A DNA stretch of 64,000 bases from a virus: IMG/VR virus record IMGVR_UViG_3300045988_135453. One strand, 5' to 3'. The notes below the pieces were generated by a model, which saw only the letters and a program-made list of their open reading frames with translations, searched no databases and was not told where the DNA came from. Position 1 is the first letter of the stretch; each line of letters starts with the position of its first letter. Positions 18,273 through 26,132 of this stretch are shown here, one piece after another. The translations under genes were made by a program, and so were the position numbers.

Positions 18273-18443
18273 GTCTTCGGAGGCTTTTTAATCGTACCTT
18301 TATGGAATTGAAAGAAATAACAACTTCCGTTGACCGTCAATTCTTCGGAATTGTAAATTCAAACGTTCTCCAAAGAACGAATTTCTACTATCGTAGATTC
18401 GAGCCAGATGGCTCGCGTAGCCCGGCTTAGGTCGGGCTTTTTT
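18273..18443 (+). ncRNA. orphan plus-strand transcription unit: structured RNA or 42-aa micro-ORF
   Basis: Lies between a consensus promoter and an intrinsic terminator. Perfect hairpins caattc-TTCG-gaattg, cgttct-ccaa-agaacg and cgagcc-agat-ggctcg. Also contains ATG 18302 to TAG 18430 (MELKEITTSVDRQFFGIVNSNVLQRTNFYYRRFEPDGSRSPA). Confidence 0.45.
18419..18443 (+). terminator. rho-independent terminator, plus strand only
   Basis: Stem agcccgg/tcgggct followed by TTTTTT. There is no T-run on the minus-strand side. Confidence 0.65.
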
Positions 18444-19002
18444 ATTCATCTTCCTCTTTCTCGTCTTCTGTTGAATCGCTCGAATACTCCTGTAGAGAGG
18501 TATGAATTTTTACATCAGTCATAAATTTCTCTATACTATTATCATCAATGCAGAGATCATTACACCAATCAATCCATTCCTGACAAGCTTCATCCTCATT
18601 ATCGTAGGAGGAAGGCTCAAAATCAAAAGTACGACAGCCATCAGAAGTGAACATTTCCCAATTAGAAGGAAAAAATTCTATACGGTGAATACGATGCATT
18701 CCCTGCAACTCCACGAAGTTGTCCATCAATTCCTCCTTATATTCAGGATATATAATCCCAATATACTTTATAACCTCGGACACAGAGGTGGCATAAAAAA
18801 TATAGTCATCATCTGGCAAAAACGCTGCAACAACATCTGCATCTTTATTGACTGCTGCAATACTATATATCTCGCCAAAGTCAATATTGAATTTCAAGTC
18901 AGCAGGATTCTCCATGTCAATAAATTCATCGAACTCTTCGTAGAACTGTTCACGCTTCTCAATACAGAAACGCTCATATTCGTCATAAGTCATTTTTTTC
19001 AT
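18442..19002 (-). CDS. hypothetical, strongly acidic protein
   Basis: 186 aa, D/E-rich throughout, ending STEDEKEEDE. Confidence 0.7.
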   Translation of the reverse strand: MKKMTYDEYERFCIEKREQFYEEFDEFIDMENPADLKFNIDFGEIYSIAAVNKDADVVAAFLPDDDYIFYATSVSEVIKYIGIIYPEYKEELMDNFVELQGMHRIHRIEFFPSNWEMFTSDGCRTFDFEPSSYDNEDEACQEWIDWCNDLCIDDNSIEKFMTDVKIHTSLQEYSSDSTEDEKEEDE

Positions 19003-19007
19003 TCTGT

Positions 19008-19039
19008 TTCGCTTACCGTGCTGCGATAGGGCTGAAAAG
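19008..19039 (-). promoter_or_regulatory. conserved leader element, copy a
   Basis: ttcgcttaccgtgctgcgatagggctgaaaag, directly upstream of ATG 19002. Confidence 0.5.
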
Positions 19040-19054
19040 ATGTCAAATTATAAG

Positions 19055-19579
19055 TTATTTCCCTGCTTCCACCCAATCTCCATAATCAGGCAGCTTATCT
19101 ATAATGAGACCTTTCAAATCCTTCACGCCGTGCTCCTTGCACAGCCACTCCTCCAGGTCATCCCAATACTTCCACTCTCTTGTCACGCCCGTCTGCACAT
19201 CGCGCAGACGGAGCGTAACAAACAGATATTCGCGTATTACGTCTGTTATCTCGTACATGACATTACGAATTAAAATCCTTCTTCGTCGTCTTGCTTTGCA
19301 AGTTCCAATATCTGTCTTCGGGTGTAATACTTTGTTTCTCCGTTCAAAAAAACGAAAAAAGAAAGTATTGTTATCCTCAGAAAGACGGCCGTAATCATCC
19401 AAATCTAACTGATTACGCAACTTGTCAAAATAACGCTGTGCCAACTCGTTTCTAAACAAACGCTTTCCGGTCAAGGGAGACCCTTCACATTTGACATTAG
19501 TTTCCACACCTCCACAAAAACTGGAGATTCTACCTTCGTACTTCAACATAAGAAATTTGTTAATTAATATATTCGTCAA
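19055..19579 (-). CDS. hypothetical protein
   Basis: 174-aa ORF from the ORF track. Confidence 0.65.
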   Translation of the reverse strand: MTNILINKFLMLKYEGRISSFCGGVETNVKCEGSPLTGKRLFRNELAQRYFDKLRNQLDLDDYGRLSEDNNTFFFRFFERRNKVLHPKTDIGTCKARRRRRILIRNVMYEITDVIREYLFVTLRLRDVQTGVTREWKYWDDLEEWLCKEHGVKDLKGLIIDKLPDYGDWVEAGK

Positions 19580-19823
19580 TACACTGGTCGTAGATGGCTC
19601 TCTCTAAGGTCCAATCCTCCTTGGGATATTCTCCCCATCCTGCTCCGCAGTTATTATCAACATACCAGAGTTCATCGTCCTCCTTGACGGTTGCGGCGTG
19701 ATACATGCTGAGACCTGCGAAGAAGGCATCATGGTTATGGTCGTAACAAACATCAAAAGATCCGTCTTCATTATCGCGATAGCAATAAACAGTCTTAATC
19801 AACTCTTGCTCTATTGTTGTCAT
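19560..19823 (-). CDS. hypothetical protein
   Basis: 87-aa ORF from the ORF track. Confidence 0.6.
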   Translation of the reverse strand: MTTIEQELIKTVYCYRDNEDGSFDVCYDHNHDAFFAGLSMYHAATVKEDDELWYVDNNCGAGWGEYPKEDWTLERAIYDQCIDEYIN

Positions 19824-19827
19824 ATCA

Positions 19828-19860
19828 TTCCGCTTAACCGTGTTGCGGTAGGGCTAAAAT
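19828..19860 (-). promoter_or_regulatory. conserved leader element, copy b
   Basis: ttccgcttaaccgtgttgcggtagggctaaaat, upstream of ATG 19823. Confidence 0.5.
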
Positions 19861-19866
19861 TGGTTT

Positions 19867-20415
19867 TTAAATTCTACAATAATCACGAAGATGTCCGCTC
19901 GGCGCTCCATACTGGAACTGTGCAACCTTTTCGCCACGATATTTTATAGGCCTATCGAGCTTAATAGTAGTGGCCGTCTTGCCGTCACAATCATACTGGT
20001 TGCAGCTGTAGCCGATGGTCATGGGAGGGAGCTGCCACACGCCCCAGTTGATGTCGTTGAGGTAACGCAGCAATGTGCGGATGTTCTCAACCGTTGTCTC
20101 CACCACGTCACCGTTAAACACTGCGTCATATTCCTCTTCATGACGCTTGCGGTTGGCCATGGCGAGCTCCTGAGAGCGCTGCTTTGCCTGCTCATGGCGC
20201 AAAAGCAGCTGTTTGCGATCCTCGGCAAACTGCTCCTCAGTGACCTCCTTACACTTCGCGAGGATGGCATCAATGCCACCTTGTGAGACGATGAAAGAGC
20301 CAGCGTTTTCCAAAGGCTTCATGGTCGATGTCTTGATGATGAGCAACGTGCCGTCAGCGTTCTGCTCAACAAGAAAACTCTTCTTGCTTGTGAAATACAT
20401 TTTTCGCATATTCAT
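19867..20415 (-). CDS. hypothetical protein
   Basis: 182-aa ORF from the ORF track. Confidence 0.65.
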   Translation of the reverse strand: MNMRKMYFTSKKSFLVEQNADGTLLIIKTSTMKPLENAGSFIVSQGGIDAILAKCKEVTEEQFAEDRKQLLLRHEQAKQRSQELAMANRKRHEEEYDAVFNGDVVETTVENIRTLLRYLNDINWGVWQLPPMTIGYSCNQYDCDGKTATTIKLDRPIKYRGEKVAQFQYGAPSGHLRDYCRI

Positions 20416-20449
20416 TCCGCTTATCCGTGATGCGGTAGGGCTTAATAGG
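20416..20449 (-). promoter_or_regulatory. conserved leader element, copy c
   Basis: tccgcttatccgtgatgcggtagggcttaatagg, upstream of ATG 20415. Confidence 0.5.
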
Positions 20450-20463
20450 TTTCTTTATTTCGG

Positions 20464-20703
20464 TTATACTTGTGGCATTGCGCACAGTGAAAAAACAATG
20501 TTGCTGTTAAAGATAAGTTTTTTGTATGCCTTGATGCGTATGCTTGCATCCAAAGTCGTTACTCCCATGTGGCGTTCCTGATGCCAGTCAATGTATTCTG
20601 GAAGGTTCTTAATAGCATTTATCTTGCTGTTGATAAACTTGATTTTTTCAACCCTATTAGCTAACGCACAAAGGTAGTTAATCTGCTTGTCTGTTGCTAA
20701 CAT
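20464..20703 (-). CDS. hypothetical protein
   Basis: 79-aa ORF from the ORF track. Confidence 0.55.
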   Translation of the reverse strand: MLATDKQINYLCALANRVEKIKFINSKINAIKNLPEYIDWHQERHMGVTTLDASIRIKAYKKLIFNSNIVFSLCAMPQV

Positions 20704-20710
20704 AATGTTT

Positions 20711-20742
20711 CTGCCGCTTAACGGTTGCCGCCCGATCTAATG
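20711..20742 (-). promoter_or_regulatory. conserved leader element, divergent copy d
   Basis: ctgccgcttaacggttgccgcccgatctaatg, upstream of ATG 20703. Confidence 0.35.
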
Positions 20743-21053
20743 ATTAATAATGTTTCTTTCTTTATCTGTTGCAAAGTTAGTAATTATTTTTGTAACTACC
20801 AAATAAAAAGGACTTTTATTTAGAATAAAATGTACTTTTATTGTTTCCTTTGCAATTTTCCGTCAGGCTCCATCGAGGGCACCGTTTTTTTTCGTGTCTT
20901 CTGCGTCGTCTGTTTTGGGGGGGCTCGTCGCCCAGACAGGAACTCGGACCTGCTGCCACGCTTTGCCATGGTGGGCGTTGTGCTGCTTGCTATCCTCGCA
21001 GACCGCAAGCAGCCTAAAACAAAAAATACTCGATTATGATCTCGGGATGGGAG

Positions 21054-21368
21054 CTATCTAAGCTCGGACAATTCCAAATGCCCGTATATAAGTTTGTCCT
21101 GCAAGTCTCGAAAAAAGGTCGTTGCACATTCTCTCTTTTCGTCCTCTTTGAACGTCAGAATCTGTTCCTCACGCGACATGCTTTCATCCTCATACGCGAA
21201 TGTGCCGTCTTTAATGCCATCTATGATGGTCTTGTATAGCCGTTTGCAACCGGCCTTTGTAGACGCCCATGTGCCGTACAACTGAAAAGAAGCGTAAGAC
21301 TTCCATTCGTTGCAGGTGCTCAGTATAATTATTCTTGCCATAGATCTGTATGTTTTTAAAAAGTTCAT
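21054..21368 (-). CDS. hypothetical protein
   Basis: Start moved to MNFLKTYRS (ATG 21368), 4 nt after the upstream stop. Confidence 0.6.
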   Translation of the reverse strand: MNFLKTYRSMARIIILSTCNEWKSYASFQLYGTWASTKAGCKRLYKTIIDGIKDGTFAYEDESMSREEQILTFKEDEKRECATTFFRDLQDKLIYGHLELSELR

Positions 21369-21372
21369 AATA

Positions 21373-21537
21373 TTACTTAGCCTTGTTGCACTCCACATCC
21401 GTAATAACTCTCACCTTAACGTGATAATTATCGGCTTGCTTAAAAGACGCATCCGTAATAGCTTTATAAATTGCATTGTAGGCATGTATATTGTTGTGAA
21501 ATATTTCAATAGTAATCGTTTCTTTTTGTAATTTCAT
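21373..21537 (-). CDS. hypothetical small protein
   Basis: Start taken at MKLQKETITIEI inside the 21373..21585 ORF. Confidence 0.45.
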   Translation of the reverse strand: MKLQKETITIEIFHNNIHAYNAIYKAITDASFKQADNYHVKVRVITDVECNKAK

Positions 21538-21562
21538 ATTTTCCTGTCGTTTTTTAAAGGTT

Positions 21563-21898
21563 CTATAATATTCGTTTCGTACCACACAGCCGCCTGGCCA
21601 TCGTGTCCTTCAGATCCTTGATGATCTGCTTGTAATTGTCTTGAGTGATGACTATGTGCCGTTCAGGATGTTTCCCGCCGTGGGAGCCACTTGCCAGGTG
21701 GATGATGCAGAATGTGCGGTCGGTATCGTGATGGGCTACCAGGCCTCGTTCCTCGAGAGTTGCCACTGTGCGGTCGAAGTCTGCCGGAGTGGTGGGTATC
21801 ACCTGTAGCACGCTCCAGGGATATTCCAGAGCCGTGAGGAGCGTCTGTTCCTCCTGCTGGCTGAGCAGGAAGGAATGAACCGTTCTTGATGTTTTCAT
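21563..21898 (-). CDS. hypothetical protein
   Basis: 111-aa ORF overlapping the upstream gene by 4 nt. Confidence 0.6.
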   Translation of the reverse strand: MKTSRTVHSFLLSQQEEQTLLTALEYPWSVLQVIPTTPADFDRTVATLEERGLVAHHDTDRTFCIIHLASGSHGGKHPERHIVITQDNYKQIIKDLKDTMARRLCGTKRIL

Positions 21899-22317
21899 AC
21901 TGCAAAGTTAAGCGAAAATTGGCGTGCGTCTACTTCGTGACGGCGATGTCTTCTTCTTCTCGTCTTCATGTTCTCTTCTCGCATAACAGCATCCAAACGT
22001 TGCTGTTCTGTCTCGATGTACTGTTTCTCCTCGTTGGTGAGCGGAGGCAATACAAATGACTCAAGGGCTTTTTTAAAGCGGTACTCGCTTACTTGCTCGT
22101 CGCCAATAAAGCAGTCAACACTTTGGTATGATCCGTGACGGAGGCGGACCTTGCCTCCTTTCCATGTCATATTGCCAATAGTGTAGCTCTTGTAATACCA
22201 CAACAGACTGTGATAAGTCAAACCCCATGATTTTGCCCAATGCTCAGCGGCATTGGCGCTGTTGTCGTAATAGTTTCCTCTTCTTTGCGCTTCGCGCTTA
22301 AACTCCTGTAAAGTCAT
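21895..22317 (-). CDS. hypothetical protein with Arg-rich C-terminus
   Basis: 140-aa ORF from the ORF track. Confidence 0.65.
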   Translation of the reverse strand: MTLQEFKREAQRRGNYYDNSANAAEHWAKSWGLTYHSLLWYYKSYTIGNMTWKGGKVRLRHGSYQSVDCFIGDEQVSEYRFKKALESFVLPPLTNEEKQYIETEQQRLDAVMREENMKTRRRRHRRHEVDARQFSLNFAV

Positions 22318-22372
22318 AATCCTTAGTATTTTTAATGTTCTATAATAGAGGGTATTCCACCCCCATGATACC

Positions 22373-23056
22373 TTACTTCCAATTTTCCGCTAATATTTTT
22401 CTCACGCTATAATAAGGCGTGTTAAACGGATATTTCACTTCGTTGATGACGTACACCACGGTCGGCTCCGTCATGCGCAATGTGTCGCGACACTCCACAC
22501 GGCCGTACATGCCATGTGCCATGAGGTTCAGGGCGCACATCTTGCAAGCAATAGGATCGCTGTCTTGTGCCACATACTCGAAGCGTCTGCCAGCCGAATG
22601 GTCCAGCTTGCTCTTCTCCATATAGTGAGCCAGGAGCAAACGTCCGCTACCTGCTGCGCAGTCATTCACCTTGCCATGATCCCCGGCTCCCAGTGTGCTA
22701 ATCCGTGCCATAAGGTCCGAAATGCTCTGAGGCGTGAAGAACTGCCCCATCTTCGATGCCTTGCCACGGCTCAGATACATATCCTCGTACAGGTTGCCGA
22801 ACACGTCCAGCCACTCGCCACGCTCCATCGCTGTTGTCACATCCTTTAGCCACTGAAGGGCGAGAACGGCAAACTCAGGATTCTGCTCCGTGCAGCTCAA
22901 AATGTGTTGGCTATATTCAACGGTGCCAGCCTTAAAAGCATCAACGCTGAAGAACTCTATAAGATAGTCACAGAAGTCACTGAGAGCCATTTCCTGTAGT
23001 CTGCTGTGTTTGTTTGCCTGTTCGGTCAATACGTCGATATAATTCTTTTTATCCAT
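22373..23056 (-). CDS. N6-adenine DNA methyltransferase-like protein, truncated, no canonical catalytic motif
   Basis: GQFFTPQSISDLM plus the AdoMet motif VNDCAAGSGRLLL, as in gamma-class (HsdM-like) MTases. No NPPF/NPPY, and the ORF ends about 45 aa after RDTL. Confidence 0.55.
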   Translation of the reverse strand: MDKKNYIDVLTEQANKHSRLQEMALSDFCDYLIEFFSVDAFKAGTVEYSQHILSCTEQNPEFAVLALQWLKDVTTAMERGEWLDVFGNLYEDMYLSRGKASKMGQFFTPQSISDLMARISTLGAGDHGKVNDCAAGSGRLLLAHYMEKSKLDHSAGRRFEYVAQDSDPIACKMCALNLMAHGMYGRVECRDTLRMTEPTVVYVINEVKYPFNTPYYSVRKILAENWK

Positions 23057-23088
23057 GATTTTCTCAAAATTTTATGTGTTCTATAATA

Positions 23089-23119
23089 GGGGAGCTGCCC
23101 TGCTGCCAGGTGCAGCCCC
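23089..23119 (-). terminator. GC-rich hairpin 3' of the 23132 gene
   Basis: ggggagctgccctgctgccaggtgcagcccc. On the minus strand it is followed by TATTATAGAAC. Confidence 0.55.
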
Positions 23120-23131
23120 GTGAATGATGAT

Positions 23132-23938
23132 TTAATAACCCTTCCAGAAGTAAGAGTGATGGCTATACTGGCTTAATGCCTTCTCCTTGGCAAACTCGCG
23201 GATGGTGTAGTCGTAGCCTTCCATCTCCTTCATAATTGCCTCTGCTTTTCGTGCCAGACGCAGATAGGCTGCATACTTCTTCTTTGATGCCTTGAGGTTC
23301 TCAATCGTCGCCAAACGCTCTTTTTTATAGTGTTCTATAACGGAAATGGCTTTTTCTGCCTCCAGACGGTCGCCAGTATTCCACTGCCATGCGTTTGGGT
23401 CGATCTCCTTCTTCTTACCGGAGTAACGGTTATACCCGTGGCTCCAGTCAACGAACATTGAAACGTTAGGGCGATATTCTACAATACGATAATAGTCGTA
23501 ACAATTCAGCTTGAAGTAGTATTCCCCAAACGAACTATAAAAGCCTGTCGCCTCCTTCACGGCATCATGGAAGCGTTTATTCAGCACCTTGCCATCAAAC
23601 TTTCGGCACACCTGAATAAGTCCGTCCAGGGCCTTGATTTCAAGCTGTCGGCGCTCTATCAATGCGTCCGCGTGCTTGCAATACGCCTTCACTTCGTTGG
23701 CCTTCTTGTCGGCTTCATGCTTTTTTGCAGCCGCCATAAAGTCCGCCTCCGTGCCGATACTGTAGGCTTCTTCCTCGTTGCCATTCTCGCGGCTAAACTG
23801 GTGATGCAGGTCTATATACTTTTGTGCATCATCCTTTGTGGCAAAGTGGCGAACGCCGTCCAATGTTTCAGACTTCCACAACCACACCTCGCCATTGTTG
23901 CAAATAAGATTTTTTGCTTCAACAAATATCTGGATCAT
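23132..23938 (-). CDS. hypothetical protein
   Basis: 268-aa ORF from the ORF track. Confidence 0.7.
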   Translation of the reverse strand: MIQIFVEAKNLICNNGEVWLWKSETLDGVRHFATKDDAQKYIDLHHQFSRENGNEEEAYSIGTEADFMAAAKKHEADKKANEVKAYCKHADALIERRQLEIKALDGLIQVCRKFDGKVLNKRFHDAVKEATGFYSSFGEYYFKLNCYDYYRIVEYRPNVSMFVDWSHGYNRYSGKKKEIDPNAWQWNTGDRLEAEKAISVIEHYKKERLATIENLKASKKKYAAYLRLARKAEAIMKEMEGYDYTIREFAKEKALSQYSHHSYFWKGY

Positions 23939-23972
23939 AATATTCTCAATTTTAAATGTGTTCTATAATAGA

Positions 23973-23997
23973 GGCTGTCCTGCTGCCAGGAGCAGCC
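23973..23997 (-). terminator. GC-rich hairpin 3' of the 24010 gene
   Basis: ggctgtcctgctgccaggagcagcc. On the minus strand it is followed by TCTATTATAGAAC. Confidence 0.55.
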
Positions 23998-24009
23998 CGT
24001 GAATGATTA

Positions 24010-24402
24010 TTAGTAAGACAATACGGCTATACGGTAGTATTCCGTTTCTCCTTCCTCCGGAATGTTGGCAATACACAGATCGCCCGTGGAAGCCTCGTAA
24101 ATATACGAGCTGCCTATAATATCATACACCGTAAACTCGCCCCGCTGCTGGCTGTGCTCGCCGCCGTTGGCAATACATGTGATGCCGTTGTGATAGCCTC
24201 CCGAAGGTGCCGGGAAGTCCCCGCCTACCATCCTGTCCTGAAGGAAGTGTGACGAGCGGCGGGCTGCCTCCTTACTGTGCTGCTTGAGCACCTGGGCAAA
24301 GAGACGCTTTGCCTCGTTCCATCGTGCATCGTTGAACATGTCTCGACGCTGCGGGAAATACTTATCTTCGTTGCTAACGTTGAATAATACTATCTGTGCC
24401 AT
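24010..24402 (-). CDS. hypothetical protein
   Basis: 130-aa ORF from the ORF track. Confidence 0.65.
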   Translation of the reverse strand: MAQIVLFNVSNEDKYFPQRRDMFNDARWNEAKRLFAQVLKQHSKEAARRSSHFLQDRMVGGDFPAPSGGYHNGITCIANGGEHSQQRGEFTVYDIIGSSYIYEASTGDLCIANIPEEGETEYYRIAVLSY

Positions 24403-24456
24403 GATCTGTAAAATTTTAAAAGTTGGTGGTGTTTTTATCTGCCTATAATAAGCGGT

Positions 24457-24780
24457 TTATGCGTGAAGCATACGGTGCCAGAAGCTGAAACACTGAAACG
24501 GCATACGGCATGGGAAAAAACGGGGAAATATACGGTCAACCACTGCCAGGGCGTTGCATTCTACATTGACAGTCAGCTCAAGAACGGGACCAAAAATAAA
24601 TATTAAAGTGCAAATAAATTGTACTGTCCCCGTTATGCCTAACACGTCACACAACAAGAGAAATAGCGGAACGCAAACGACTATACACGAAAAAGAAATT
24701 ACGGCTACTAACACATGCGAGAGAAGGAAAGCGGCACGCTTTGCGGCCTTAACTACTTTATTTGCAAAATTTGTTTTCAT
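24457..24780 (-). CDS. small membrane protein
   Basis: 107 aa with two or three hydrophobic helices. Confidence 0.55.
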   Translation of the reverse strand: MKTNFANKVVKAAKRAAFLLSHVLVAVISFSCIVVCVPLFLLLCDVLGITGTVQFICTLIFIFGPVLELTVNVECNALAVVDRIFPRFFPCRMPFQCFSFWHRMLHA

Positions 24781-24835
24781 AATCTGTGAAGTATTAAAAG
24801 TTGTGATGTTTTTATCTGCCTATAATAAGGCGTAA

Positions 24836-25093
24836 TTAATACTCGATGCAGAGCAATATTGCCACTACTGCTGCAATGATGTTGTAACCGACAAACTGCC
24901 AGCCGGTGCACAGGATGGGGTCGCCATCCTGGCCATAAAAGCTGTGCTGAGTCTGGAGCCACTGACGGACCGTTTTAAAGGCCGTCAGGGCGTTTTTAAC
25001 CGTGCGAGCGACAAGTAATACAACGATGGCGAATAAAGCCGTCAGAAGGGCGCGTGTGCCCGTTGTGCGTGATATTGTGATGTTCTGTGCCAT
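24836..25093 (-). CDS. small membrane protein
   Basis: 85 aa with two hydrophobic helices. Its upstream region is near-identical to that of the 24457..24780 gene. Confidence 0.55.
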   Translation of the reverse strand: MAQNITISRTTGTRALLTALFAIVVLLVARTVKNALTAFKTVRQWLQTQHSFYGQDGDPILCTGWQFVGYNIIAAVVAILLCIEY

Positions 25094-25105
25094 GATGATC
25101 TTGTT

Positions 25106-25780
25106 TTATGCTGTTTTCTTCTTCTGTTCTTCCACTTCTTGCCACAGGCGCTTGTCCGTTCTGCCGTAGCCGGCCTCGCCGTTGGAACATTGATAGGCGC
25201 AGTACATTTCCTCGTCGCAATACATCGAGAAAGCCAGCTCAGCCTCGCTGCTTAGCTCTTTTACAACCGCCTCAATTTTTTTAATAATATGTGTAGCATG
25301 GATCTTGCTGAGTCCGGCGTTATCGTACCAATCGTCTCGGATCACGTCGTCGGCATTAAAGTCGCCATAAACATAATCACACGTTTCGTAACAATAATCA
25401 ACCCTTTTGTAGGTCTTGACAACCACGAACCAATCGAAAATGGATGCCTCATAATAACCAGACGTGCAGCCAGCTTGAATAGTAATATCCATTCGATTGT
25501 CCCCGCACTTTATAGTTTTTGTTTTCTCAGAGAAAAAATGTGTGGGGTAATTACGGTCATAATCATGCTCTTCTATATCGTGCCAGCCCTTCGCCTTCAA
25601 CTCGTAGGCTACATTCTCTCTGTCGGCTTCAGAATTAGCCTCTATGCCGATCTCGTCGAAATGGTCCAAAAGGTCTTGATCCAGCCCATTCTCAGTTATA
25701 TCTTCCTGTGTATAATATACAGGCATACCAAAAACGAAATAACGCGATGCGTTGTTTAAAGAAAAATTAGGTGTACTCAT
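25106..25780 (-). CDS. hypothetical acidic protein
   Basis: 224-aa ORF from the ORF track. Confidence 0.65.
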   Translation of the reverse strand: MSTPNFSLNNASRYFVFGMPVYYTQEDITENGLDQDLLDHFDEIGIEANSEADRENVAYELKAKGWHDIEEHDYDRNYPTHFFSEKTKTIKCGDNRMDITIQAGCTSGYYEASIFDWFVVVKTYKRVDYCYETCDYVYGDFNADDVIRDDWYDNAGLSKIHATHIIKKIEAVVKELSSEAELAFSMYCDEEMYCAYQCSNGEAGYGRTDKRLWQEVEEQKKKTA

Positions 25781-25828
25781 AATCGTAAAGTATTTTTAAT
25801 GTTGTGATTTAATATGTTATTTATAATA

Positions 25829-25848
25829 GGGGAGGCCGGAACCTCCCC
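25829..25848 (-). terminator. hairpin ggggagg-ccggaa-cctcccc 3' of the 25857 gene
   Basis: Perfect 7-bp GC stem, followed on the minus strand by TATTATAAATAA. Confidence 0.6.
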
Positions 25849-25856
25849 GGTATGGT

Positions 25857-26132
25857 TTAAGCGCAGCGCATGAAGTCGTCCAGATAATAGCGGGTGCCGT
25901 ATATGGTAAAATACGGGCGCGATTCGGCTTCAGGATCACGCGGGCAAGTGTATTTAATACGCTGCCATCGTTGTGCCGTGTGCTCTTTTCTGCTGGTGCA
26001 GTCGCGCCACAATACCCCTTCTCCGCCATCGTCAACGACGATGCAATAACCGCCATAATTGTTAGTCTGAAGGAAAGCGCAGCCAAACTTTGAAAGCTCG
26101 TCGAACTCCTGTTTTTTGGTGATATGTGCCAT
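25857..26132 (-). CDS. hypothetical protein
   Basis: 91-aa ORF. The alternative-frame ORF 25817..26086 was judged to be a shadow ORF. Confidence 0.6.
   Translation of the reverse strand: MAHITKKQEFDELSKFGCAFLQTNNYGGYCIVVDDGGEGVLWRDCTSRKEHTAQRWQRIKYTCPRDPEAESRPYFTIYGTRYYLDDFMRCA

Noticed and set aside
18290-18420. Hairpin cluster considered as a tRNA or tmRNA-like gene
   Set aside because: No cloverleaf arrangement, no GTTCRANYC T-loop and no acceptor-stem pairing were found. I saw no tRNA-like T-loop sequence anywhere in the window by eye; a tRNAscan run would be needed to be certain.
20785-20792. Plus-strand TAnnTTTG boxes at 20785..20792 and 26211..26218 considered as firm promoters
   Set aside because: The nearest upstream TTG/TTTG elements are about 13 nt away (or 30 nt), not the ~19-21 nt seen at the better candidates (18237, 26713, 28379). 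They are kept only as weak hints within the findings.
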